A DNA stretch of 32,000 nt. It comes from an uncultured Muribaculaceae bacterium (lineage in GTDB: Bacteria; Bacillota_I; Bacilli_A; RF39; UBA660). The position numbers and the translations under genes are program-made. Positions 9,313 through 17,749 of the stretch are shown piece by piece. How positions within the stretch are numbered: position 1 is the stretch's first letter; the number at the start of each line of letters is the position of its first letter. The notes under the pieces were generated by a model that was given only the letters and a program-made list of their open reading frames with translations, was not told the origin of the DNA and ran no database searches. The DNA lies in NCBI GenBank assembly GCA_964408085.1, contig CAYOYB010000003.1, positions 99,314 to 131,313 on the forward strand, in the 5' to 3' direction.

Positions 9313-10110
9313 TTGAATATATATAAAACATTAAATGATATAACTAAGTATATAGATGAACATTTAGAAGAAAAAATTGACTATACAATTTTAGCAAAAA
9401 TGATGGGTATAAATGTCTATACTATGCAAAGAATATTTTCTTTAATAACTGGTATATCAGTAGCTGAATATATAAGAAAAAGGCGATTATCAAATGCTGG
9501 CTTTGATCTATATTCAACTAAGGCAAAAGTTATAGATATTGCGATTAAATATCAATATGATAGTACTGAATCATTTTCACGAGCTTTTAAAACATTCCAT
9601 GGTATTAATCCAAGTTTAGTAAATAAGTTTTCTAAACTTAAAAATTATCCTAGAATTATTTTAAATGAAGAAGTAAATATTACTAGTGAATTAGAATATG
9701 AAATTATCGAACTTGAACAAAAAGAATTATATGGTATTGGCATAAAGACTAATAATGAAAATATTGGAACTGATGCCCCAAATTTTTTTATGAATTGTAA
9801 GCTTAATTATGAAGAAAAGTTTGGAAAAATAAAATATGGTATGATTGTTTATGGGGATGATATAAGAGAACAATGTAGTGCATATTATATTTTATATGAT
9901 AAAAAGATAGAAGGTTTTGAAAAAATAATTATACCAGCTAGTAAATGGTTAGTATTTAGGATTAACTCTAATGATGCTAAAGATATTCAGGAAATGTCTA
10001 ATAAATTTTATTTTGAATTTTTGCCGTCTTGTAAATATAATCTAAGAGAAATCCCTGAACTAGAATATTATCATGATGATGTAACTGATTTTTTAGTACC
10101 AATTTATTAA
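9313..10110 (+). CDS. AraC-family transcriptional regulator with C-terminal GyrI-like effector-binding domain
   Basis: The N-terminal half has a double HTH (ILAKMMGINVYTMQRIFS..., SFSRAFKTFHGINPS). The C-terminal roughly 150 aa look like a GyrI/SOUL-like fold. I prefer the TTG at 9313 (AGGTGG 5 nt upstream) to the track GTG at 9304. A TGaTATAAT promoter lies at 9287-9295. Confidence 0.75.
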   Translation: MNIYKTLNDITKYIDEHLEEKIDYTILAKMMGINVYTMQRIFSLITGISVAEYIRKRRLSNAGFDLYSTKAKVIDIAIKYQYDSTESFSRAFKTFHGINPSLVNKFSKLKNYPRIILNEEVNITSELEYEIIELEQKELYGIGIKTNNENIGTDAPNFFMNCKLNYEEKFGKIKYGMIVYGDDIREQCSAYYILYDKKIEGFEKIIIPASKWLVFRINSNDAKDIQEMSNKFYFEFLPSCKYNLREIPELEYYHDDVTDFLVPIY

Positions 10111-10113
10111 ATT

Positions 10114-10146
10114 GATAAATTTGGTAATATAAAAGTCAGTTTTTTT
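10114..10146 (+). repeat. 33-bp repeat, copy 1 (contains TGgTAATAT extended -10 box)
   Basis: GAtAAATTTGGTAATATAAAAGTCAgTTTTTT. It nearly matches 11122-11153 and starts 70 nt upstream of the next ATG. Confidence 0.7.
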
Positions 10147-10183
10147 TATATCAATTATTATAAAATTGAAAGGGAGGTAGTTT

Positions 10184-11113
10184 ATGAAAAATGATATATT
10201 AAATTTTTATTTGCAAACTAGCATTTACACTAATTATTATCCATTTGCTGATTATTATAGGAGTTTACCAGATAATATTGAAGAATTATCAAAATTATTA
10301 TATCATCAGGTAATTCACCGAACTGAATTAATTAGAAGTTATTTAAATAGTCCTAGTAAATATGATAATACATTTGAAATTAACAAAATTAAAGAACAAT
10401 ACCCATGGTATAAAAATAGGTGTGATGACGATATCTTACTAACAGCCCCAGCTATTACAGCTGAGTTATTTCGCCAAGATCCTCGTGGTTTTATAATGGG
10501 AAGGCAAATAAAAGATAGAGTGGTTATTACTTGTAGATATGTCGCTGTTTTACTTGCATCTATTTTAAAGGCTAAAGGCATTCCTGCACGTTGTCGTAGT
10601 GGGTATGCTGATTATTTTCTAAAAAAACGTGGCAAAATATTTTATGATCATTGGATTGTTCAATATTATAATGCTAAGGAAAAAAGATGGGTTAATGTTG
10701 ATCCTGATAATGACTATAAAGTATCATTTAATCAATATGATTTTCCTAATAAAGAATTTCAGTGGATTGCTAAAGTTTGGCTAGATGTTAGAAAAGGGCA
10801 TGATGATTATAAAAGATATATTCATGGTAGTTCCTATAATGGTTTAAATAATTTAGCGTATGCTTTATTTTTTGACTTTCATTCTTTAATGAATGATGAG
10901 ATATCCTATTTATTTTTTCCAACCATGTTTGATAAAAAAGATGAATTTAATAATTTAACAGACGAAGAATTAAGTAGACTTGATAATCTGGCAATGTTAA
11001 TGTTAGATCCTGATAAAAATTTTGATGAGCTTAGATATCTATTTAGAAATGATAAATGGCTGCGTATTATCAATACACCATTATTAAGTGATCAAGACCA
11101 TTTAGAAATATAA
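10184..11113 (+). CDS. Transglutaminase-like (papain-fold Cys-His-Asp) domain protein
   Basis: 309 aa. The core motif arrangement is CRYVAVLLASILKAKGIPAR (Cys), then DHWIVQYY (His), then RWVNVDPD (Asp). An AGGGAGG SD lies upstream. Confidence 0.65.
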   Translation: MKNDILNFYLQTSIYTNYYPFADYYRSLPDNIEELSKLLYHQVIHRTELIRSYLNSPSKYDNTFEINKIKEQYPWYKNRCDDDILLTAPAITAELFRQDPRGFIMGRQIKDRVVITCRYVAVLLASILKAKGIPARCRSGYADYFLKKRGKIFYDHWIVQYYNAKEKRWVNVDPDNDYKVSFNQYDFPNKEFQWIAKVWLDVRKGHDDYKRYIHGSSYNGLNNLAYALFFDFHSLMNDEISYLFFPTMFDKKDEFNNLTDEELSRLDNLAMLMLDPDKNFDELRYLFRNDKWLRIINTPLLSDQDHLEI

Positions 11114-11121
11114 TTCAAGCT

Positions 11122-11153
11122 GACAAATTTGGTAATATAAAAGTCAATTTTTT
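11122..11153 (+). repeat. 33-bp repeat, copy 2
   Basis: GAcAAATTTGGTAATATAAAAGTCAaTTTTTT. It starts 70 nt upstream of the ATG at 11192, the same distance as copy 1. Confidence 0.7.
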
Positions 11154-11191
11154 ATTGTCTTTTTTTGTTATACTTTTTTAAGGTGATTTTT

Positions 11192-13036
11192 ATGCATTAT
11201 TGGTTGGAAATTTATCTTACTAAAAATGATACATCAAAGGAAGACTGGTTAGGATTAATTAAAACAATTTCTAATTATAATAGTAATTTTAGAAAGTGGA
11301 AGATTATTATCAAAATTGAAGATAATAAAATTAGATATTTTATTAAATCGCGATGTAACTTACCACCTACCATTAATAATTTAAGTTCCTTTTTATTCAA
11401 AAATATTGAAGAATTTAATATTCCAAGAGAATATTTATCATTACCTTTTTTATCAAAACCAGAAAGCAATGTTATTGATATTACGAATTATTGTAGTATT
11501 AAAAATAAAGGTAATTTAGAATATTTAGAAATAACCTTCCAAAAGTTATATGATGATAAAATTAAAACTAAAACAACTTTTTATTTAAATAAAAATGGAG
11601 ATATAAAAAAATATAGAACGTTTTTCACTTTACCAACTAATATTTTAGCAATTAATTTTTCACTTAATAAAAGATATTTTTTTAAAAGCGCACCTAAATA
11701 TTTAGATATAAATAAAATATTACATTTACTTGATAGTGAGCAAAAAGGAGCTATTTTAAAAGTAGATACCTTTCCATATTTACAGGGGAATTTTTATTTA
11801 AAACAAAATACATATAATTTTAATAAACATTCCATTATTATTGGTTCAAGTGGTAGTGGTAAATCAAAATTTCTTAGTTCACTTATAAAAAATATTAGTA
11901 GTAATTTTAAACAAAACTATAAAGTTGTGGTTATTGATCCCCATGCTGATTTAGAAAATGATATTGGTGGACTTGGAAAAACAATCGATTTTAAAAATAA
12001 TTTAGATAGTATTGATCCTTTTATTAAAGATAGTTCTAATATTGTCTCGACAACAGAATTATTATTAGAGCTTTTTAAATCGTTAATTTCTGATCAATAT
12101 AATTCAAAATTAGAAAGAGTTTTAAGACATTCTATTTATCTATTATTAGTAAATAATTCTTTTAATTTTAGTAATTTACGTAAATTAATTCTAGATTTAG
12201 AATATCGAAATTCATTGATCAAAAAACTAAAATTAAACTTACCTATAAGTGTTATTGACTTTTTTTTATCAGATTTTAGTAATTTAAAGACAGGTTCTTA
12301 TAATGAAGCTATATCCCCTATTATTGCTTTTATAGATGAAATGGAAATGATCCCTGTTTTTAATGGGCAAAGCGATTTACCAGATTTAAAACACACTATT
12401 AAAGAGAATTTTTTAACATTGTTTTCTCTTGATAGAACAAAATTAGGTGATAAGGTAACAAAGACTATTGCTGGTTTAATAATGCAACAATTACTTACTA
12501 TAATTCAAAGTCGTGAGATAAATGAACATATAATTTTTGTAATTGATGAAGTAGCAGTTATTGAAAACCCTATTCTTTCACGATTTTTATCTGAAGCTAG
12601 AAAATATAACTTATCATTAATATTAGCAGGGCAATTTTTTAGTCAAATATCTGATAGTTTAAAGAGTTCAATATTCGCTAATGTTATTAATTATTATATA
12701 TTTAGAGTTTCTAAATTAGATGCCAATTTGTTAGTCGATAGTTTTAACATGAAAATACCATTAGATGATACAAGAGATAGAAAAATAAAACTATTAACAG
12801 AATTAAGTACTAGAGAATGTATAGTTAGAGTTGATTGTAATGGGATATTACTACCTGCTTTTAAAGCTAGTACTTTAGATTATGAAAGTCTGCCTAGAAT
12901 AAAATGTGAAAATATAAATAACAGTATTGTTAATAGCAATACGAAAATAAAGAAATGTAATTTTAAAATAGATAATAATGTTAATCTAAAAGATATTTTA
13001 ATATTAAGTTCTTCTAGTAGAAAGGTTGTGAAATAG
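11192..13036 (+). CDS. HerA/FtsK-superfamily (DUF87-like) P-loop NTPase with an N-terminal domain of about 220 aa and unknown function
   Basis: Motifs present: Walker A IIIGSSGSGKSKF, the HerA-type VVVIDPHADL block, Walker B IIFVIDEVAV, and the family's conserved SEARKYNLSLILAGQFFSQI block. No TM segments. I prefer the ATG at 11192 (AAGGTGA 5 nt upstream) to the track TTG at 11165. Confidence 0.75.
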   Translation: MHYWLEIYLTKNDTSKEDWLGLIKTISNYNSNFRKWKIIIKIEDNKIRYFIKSRCNLPPTINNLSSFLFKNIEEFNIPREYLSLPFLSKPESNVIDITNYCSIKNKGNLEYLEITFQKLYDDKIKTKTTFYLNKNGDIKKYRTFFTLPTNILAINFSLNKRYFFKSAPKYLDINKILHLLDSEQKGAILKVDTFPYLQGNFYLKQNTYNFNKHSIIIGSSGSGKSKFLSSLIKNISSNFKQNYKVVVIDPHADLENDIGGLGKTIDFKNNLDSIDPFIKDSSNIVSTTELLLELFKSLISDQYNSKLERVLRHSIYLLLVNNSFNFSNLRKLILDLEYRNSLIKKLKLNLPISVIDFFLSDFSNLKTGSYNEAISPIIAFIDEMEMIPVFNGQSDLPDLKHTIKENFLTLFSLDRTKLGDKVTKTIAGLIMQQLLTIIQSREINEHIIFVIDEVAVIENPILSRFLSEARKYNLSLILAGQFFSQISDSLKSSIFANVINYYIFRVSKLDANLLVDSFNMKIPLDDTRDRKIKLLTELSTRECIVRVDCNGILLPAFKASTLDYESLPRIKCENINNSIVNSNTKIKKCNFKIDNNVNLKDILILSSSSRKVVK

Positions 13037-13735
13037 ATGAATGATAATATTGCTTTAGATATAGTTAATAAAATTTTTAACAATGTTTTTGAAACTGACA
13101 ATAAATTTTCTTTGAAAGATTTACTAGATAAATTTGCCTTTGATATTAAATTACCGAATAAGGTAAATGATTCTACAACTAATGAAATAACATGGGCTGA
13201 TTCAATAAATAGTGGTAAATTTATCACTAATCAAAATATGCAGAAAAGAGATGAATCTATAGGGTGGATGTTACCCAAAAAAGATATCAATAATCTGCAA
13301 GAAATTATTGATTTATGGAATAGTATTAATTTAACTACAACTGAAAGATTTTTTAACTCTGTCAATGTCGCAAAAAGTGATACAATTTATGGTTGTCAAA
13401 ATGTCTATAGATGTAGTAATTGTAGTAACTCTAAAAATATAATTTACTGTGATTCTTGTGGTAGTTCAGAATATCTTCTTGCTTCACAAAGATCAGTAAA
13501 TTGTAATTTTTGTATACGATGTGATGATTCTAAAGATTGTAGTAATAGTTATAGTGTTATTTATTCAAATAAAGTCAGTAATTCTTTATTTATTCAAGAT
13601 TGCTTTAATTTATATGAATGTATGTTTTGTTCACATATTGCTTCAAAAAAGTTTTGTATTGCCAATATGCAATTTGAAGAAGAAGAATATTATGAAATAA
13701 AAAAGCTAATTATCGATTGGATATTAGCCTCTTAA
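13037..13735 (+). CDS. Cys-repeat protein of unknown function (13 Cys in the C-terminal ~90 aa)
   Basis: The ATG directly follows the TAG of the NTPase gene (TAGATG). The N-terminal 118 aa have no Cys. After that the pattern C-x5-C-x2-C-x8-C occurs twice, flanking C-x2-C...C-x2-C-x2-C-x5-C. There is almost no His, so it is not HNH-like. Confidence 0.6.
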   Translation: MNDNIALDIVNKIFNNVFETDNKFSLKDLLDKFAFDIKLPNKVNDSTTNEITWADSINSGKFITNQNMQKRDESIGWMLPKKDINNLQEIIDLWNSINLTTTERFFNSVNVAKSDTIYGCQNVYRCSNCSNSKNIIYCDSCGSSEYLLASQRSVNCNFCIRCDDSKDCSNSYSVIYSNKVSNSLFIQDCFNLYECMFCSHIASKKFCIANMQFEEEEYYEIKKLIIDWILAS

Positions 13736-13748
13736 TATATATATTGAA

Positions 13749-15488
13749 TTATTTATTATCTTTATCATTTGTTATTTCTGTTTCATATAGGTTTCTATAC
13801 TTTTTACAGTTTTTTAACAAATACTCATGATTGCCCTCTGCTTCTATTTTACCATTTTCTAAATATAGTATTCTATCTGATTTTATTATGGTTGAAAGAC
13901 GATGCGCAATTATTAAAATAGTATATTCACCTTTCATATTATTAATAGCCTCTTGTATTTTCTCTTGAGTTTCATTATCTAAAGCACTTGTTGCTTCATC
14001 AAAAAGAATAATTTCTGTTTTTTGAACTAAAGCTCTAGCAATCGCTAGTCTTTGTTTTTGACCACCTGATAGATTTACGCCACCTTCACCAATTATTGTA
14101 TCATAACCATTAGGTAACTCATTAATAAAATCGTCTAGACAAGCTATCTTACAAGCCTTCTTCATTTCTCTATCCGTTAAATCGGCTTTAACTAATTTTA
14201 AATTCTCCTTAATACTCATATTAAAAATATAAGGATTCTGATTAATAATTGTAATATTCCCTCTAATACTATCTCTATCCAATTCATTTATATTAATATC
14301 ATCTATAGTAATAGTTCCACTAGAAACATCGTACATTTTGCAAAGTAAATTAAATATAGTTGTTTTCCCAGCACCACTTTTTCCAACAAAAGCTACTGTC
14401 TCATTAGCTTTAATTTTAAAACTCAATTTATCCAAAACTTTTTTATCTTCATATGAAAAACTAACATTTTTAAATTCAAAGTCACCATTTATTTTATCTA
14501 TATGCTTTAATCCAAAATGTTCCTTTTTAAATTTGTCATCATTTATAAGTTCTCTAATTCGTTCGCAAGATAAGTTAAAATCTTTTATATATTCCAGTAA
14601 GTCACCAGTTAAATAAGCAGAATTTGAGACAGTAATGGCATAGTTATATAATACTAAAGCTATCGTTGGTAAAATTATACTCTGTTGCATACATATTACT
14701 AATAGGATAATTAATAAAAATGAAAATACATCAGTTAATTGCCACATTCCTAATTTATAATTCCAACTAGTTTTACGCATCTTCATTCGTTTAATATGAT
14801 AATCTTCAATTCTTGTTTCTAATTCTCTTAAGAAATCTTCTTCACTATTTAACATTTTAATGTCTCTAGCGCCTCTTACTAATTCACCAATAAAGCCTGA
14901 TACTCTTTCGCTGTATTTTCTTACTACCTTATCATCTATATTTAATTTTTTTGTTCTTATATTTTCTAATATATATAAAATAATTACTGTAATTAAAATA
15001 TATATAAATACTAATTTATTTACTATAAAAATAGCGATTAATATTCCAACATATTTAATTAGTTGGGTCATTTTTCCAAAAATAGAGTTAAATACATCAG
15101 CTAATCGTGAAGTATCATTTGTTAGTCTTTGAATAAATAGTCCACTACCATTTTTATCTAAACATTCGGTTTCTAATTTTAAAACATTTCTACCTAAATC
15201 AATTTCTATAATCGACAAAGTATTTCTATATATAATATTTGTACATCGATGAGCGATATATCTAAATATATCATCAATACTGTTTGTAATAAATATTGCA
15301 AGCGCAATTAGGATAATTCTAGTATATTCATTACTAGTTAGAGAAACAATTATTTTAGCGCTTAATATTGGTGTAATTATACTAAAAGCAATACTAAATA
15401 TGTTAGCAATATTAAGCAATACTAAATACTTCTTTTGACCTTTAGCATAACTCCAAGCAAATTTCAAATTATTAAATAATTCTTTCAC
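13749..15488 (-). CDS. ABC exporter, fused permease + ATPase half-transporter (MsbA/LmrA-like type I exporter)
   Basis: The N-terminal half has six TM helices. The C-terminal NBD has Walker A GKSGAGKTT, signature LSGGQKQRLAIARAL, Walker B ILFDEATSALD and H-loop IAHRL. The start is uncertain: GTG at 15488 (GGAG 9 nt upstream) or the track TTG at 15503. Confidence 0.85.
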   Translation of the reverse strand: MKELFNNLKFAWSYAKGQKKYLVLLNIANIFSIAFSIITPILSAKIIVSLTSNEYTRIILIALAIFITNSIDDIFRYIAHRCTNIIYRNTLSIIEIDLGRNVLKLETECLDKNGSGLFIQRLTNDTSRLADVFNSIFGKMTQLIKYVGILIAIFIVNKLVFIYILITVIILYILENIRTKKLNIDDKVVRKYSERVSGFIGELVRGARDIKMLNSEEDFLRELETRIEDYHIKRMKMRKTSWNYKLGMWQLTDVFSFLLIILLVICMQQSIILPTIALVLYNYAITVSNSAYLTGDLLEYIKDFNLSCERIRELINDDKFKKEHFGLKHIDKINGDFEFKNVSFSYEDKKVLDKLSFKIKANETVAFVGKSGAGKTTIFNLLCKMYDVSSGTITIDDININELDRDSIRGNITIINQNPYIFNMSIKENLKLVKADLTDREMKKACKIACLDDFINELPNGYDTIIGEGGVNLSGGQKQRLAIARALVQKTEIILFDEATSALDNETQEKIQEAINNMKGEYTILIIAHRLSTIIKSDRILYLENGKIEAEGNHEYLLKNCKKYRNLYETEITNDKDNK

Positions 15489-15582
15489 TACAATCAGCTC
15501 CAATTTAATTATAAACTATATTTAAGCACTTTTATGGTTAGATTGCAACAAATTGACAGTTATTTACAAAAAAATTAATGCC

Positions 15583-16521
15583 CTAATCTTCTAAAAAATT
15601 CATTACTAAATCAATTAGTATTTCTTTTTCTTTAGGATTGGATTGCGCGATTAATAATGTAATTGCTACTAATGCATTATTATCTATAACTTGTTTGTTA
15701 TTTTTATATAGAATGCCATAATATTGTAAGAAATATATAAATAATGTTGCTGCAATTCTTTTATTACCATCGATGAAAACATGGTTTTTTATAATCAAAT
15801 ACAAAAAATTAGCTGCTTTTTCTTCTAAAGAAGGATAAACATCTTTACCATCAAATGATTGATAAATAGTACCTATTATACCTTTTAGTCCATTATTTCT
15901 TTCCAAAGCAAATAAATTACTTTCGCTATTAAATTTTAAATCATTAATTATTTTAAGACAATCTTCATATTCAATTACATTATTATTTATAGTTCCTTTT
16001 GGTTTAGAAATTTTTTTATGGTCATAATCATCAAGTAATCCTAATGCATTTGAGTAACCATTTATAACTCTTATTATTCCTTTTACATCACTATCATGTA
16101 ACTCTGAATCAATTCGACTAGCAATATCTATTAATTTGACTGTTTTTTCTAAATATTCTAATCTTTGTTCATTAATAGAATAACCTTTTATTAAATGTTC
16201 TTTAAGTATCTTATTAGCCCATTTTCTAAAAATAATTCCATTTTTAGATTTAACACGATATCCTACACTAATAATCATATCTAGATTATAATGTTGAACA
16301 TTATATATTTTTCCATCCTTTGCAGTTGTTGCAAAATTTGCAATAACTGTCTCAGTACTTAGTTCTTCTTCTAAAATATTTTTTATATGCCTTGATATAA
16401 CAGATTTATCTCTATCAAATAATTTTGACATTTGCTCTAGAGATAACCAAACAGTTTCATCTTTCATATTTACTTCTAATTTAATACTTTGATTTTCAAA
16501 TAATATTATTTCATTTTTCAT
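15583..16521 (-). CDS. RhuM-like N-terminal domain fused to a Doc-type Fic domain
   Basis: The N-terminus (IKLEVNMKDETVWLSLEQMSKLFDRDKSVISRHIKNI...NLDMIISVGYRVKS) resembles the RhuM virulence-protein family. The C-terminus carries HVFIDGNKRIAATL, which matches the Doc variant of the Fic motif, HxFx(D/N)(A/G)NKR. Confidence 0.7.
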   Translation of the reverse strand: MKNEIILFENQSIKLEVNMKDETVWLSLEQMSKLFDRDKSVISRHIKNILEEELSTETVIANFATTAKDGKIYNVQHYNLDMIISVGYRVKSKNGIIFRKWANKILKEHLIKGYSINEQRLEYLEKTVKLIDIASRIDSELHDSDVKGIIRVINGYSNALGLLDDYDHKKISKPKGTINNNVIEYEDCLKIINDLKFNSESNLFALERNNGLKGIIGTIYQSFDGKDVYPSLEEKAANFLYLIIKNHVFIDGNKRIAATLFIYFLQYYGILYKNNKQVIDNNALVAITLLIAQSNPKEKEILIDLVMNFLED

Positions 16522-16587
16522 ATTTTTTCCTCCTATTAATAATATATTAACACATCATTTAAACTAAATTATCTTTGTGTTAACTAA

Positions 16588-16616
16588 ATTATATAGAAAA
16601 TATGTTCGCTTGTCAA
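16588..16616 (-). promoter_or_regulatory. Consensus sigma-A promoter for the RhuM/Doc-Fic gene
   Basis: The minus strand reads TTGACA, exactly 17 nt, then TATAAT. The leader that follows contains the inverted repeat TTAACACA-N21-TGTGTTAA (16547-16583). Confidence 0.65.
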
Positions 16617-16646
16617 CACTAAAAAAAAGAAATTAGAATCATTATC

Positions 16647-17480
16647 CTACTTTCTTTTTTTACTATAATGCTTAACTTTCTCTTGGAGATTTTGATATTC
16701 TTTTTTATCATCAGATTCATCAAACCAATTTTTGCATATTGTCGATATTTGAGAATAGCCCCAATCTTCAGAATTAGTATATGAAAATATATCATCTATA
16801 TCTTCTTGTATAGCATCTAATAATTCTTTCATATCTTTAAGAACTTTTTGTTTTTTAAACTTTTTCCTTAATAATTTACCAAACAACGAAAAATTATCAT
16901 TAACAAAGCTAGATATATTATCACTATAAATTTCAATTTTAATATCTAAAGAAGGAATTAATTCATACTCTTCTTCTTTAAAATTTGGATTTTCTTCAAT
17001 AGGAATTGTTTTTTCGTTTAAAATAACTATCGTTTTGTCAGATACCATTTTTTTAATTTCTTCTTTTGAATATGTCTTACTATCATCAAAATTAACATCA
17101 TCAACAATTGCTGCAACATAACATATTTGATAAAGTTGTGTCCACCAACTCAAATCCCTGCCACGGCCCTCTGTTTTGTTATCAAAAAAAGTTATTGTGG
17201 TAGGAATTTCACAGATTTTAGAATATTTTTTGCCATTGTTTTCAGAGAACATTTCTAAATAGTCTTCTTCAGTAAGTGATATACTATAAAATTTGGTTAA
17301 TAAATCATAAAATTCTTTATCTGTTAGCTTTTTAAAATCTGTTTCAATTATTTTCTTTAAAATATCAATGTATTTTCTCATTTGTGTTTTAAATACTTCA
17401 ACATTTTCCTCATCACTATTACGATGTATATAGGCATATGTATCATGATACAATGAAACTCTACTTTTTCCAACGTACAT
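16647..17480 (-). CDS. Hypothetical protein (277 aa, acidic, K-rich tail)
   Basis: Long ORF with an AGGAGG SD and its own TGcTATAAT promoter. I recognise no motif. Confidence 0.55.
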   Translation of the reverse strand: MYVGKSRVSLYHDTYAYIHRNSDEENVEVFKTQMRKYIDILKKIIETDFKKLTDKEFYDLLTKFYSISLTEEDYLEMFSENNGKKYSKICEIPTTITFFDNKTEGRGRDLSWWTQLYQICYVAAIVDDVNFDDSKTYSKEEIKKMVSDKTIVILNEKTIPIEENPNFKEEEYELIPSLDIKIEIYSDNISSFVNDNFSLFGKLLRKKFKKQKVLKDMKELLDAIQEDIDDIFSYTNSEDWGYSQISTICKNWFDESDDKKEYQNLQEKVKHYSKKRK

Positions 17481-17749
17481 TTGAATACCTCCTTGTTTAG
17501 TTTTTTATTATAGCATATTTTCTTTAAATTGTATATAATTTTATAATAAAAATTAAATTGATAATTAATAATAACATAGTAATATACATTTTTTGCACAT
17601 TACTTTCTTTTTCTACAGTTACCTTTTAGCAAATGACACTAGCTAAATTTCCAAGAAAAAATTACTTTTTCTGTTGTTAAATGCTTCCAAAGGATTAATA
17701 ATATTTTGTACTTGATAATGCATTATTTGCTGAATATAAAGTAATAAAT

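Noticed and set aside
10114-10146. The 33-bp repeat as a rho-independent terminator for the upstream genes
   Set aside because: Only a 4-bp TGAC/GTCA stem with an 18-nt loop can form, and copy 1 does not form even that. The T-run alone is not sufficient. The extended -10 box and the fixed 70-nt distance to the next ATG fit a promoter or junction-repeat reading better.
11192-13036. HerA-like NTPase as a conjugative coupling protein or VirB4 of a T4SS/ICE
   Set aside because: It has no TM segments. The window contains no relaxase, VirB/Tra genes, pilin, oriT-like repeats or integrase. The only operon partner is the Cys-repeat protein.
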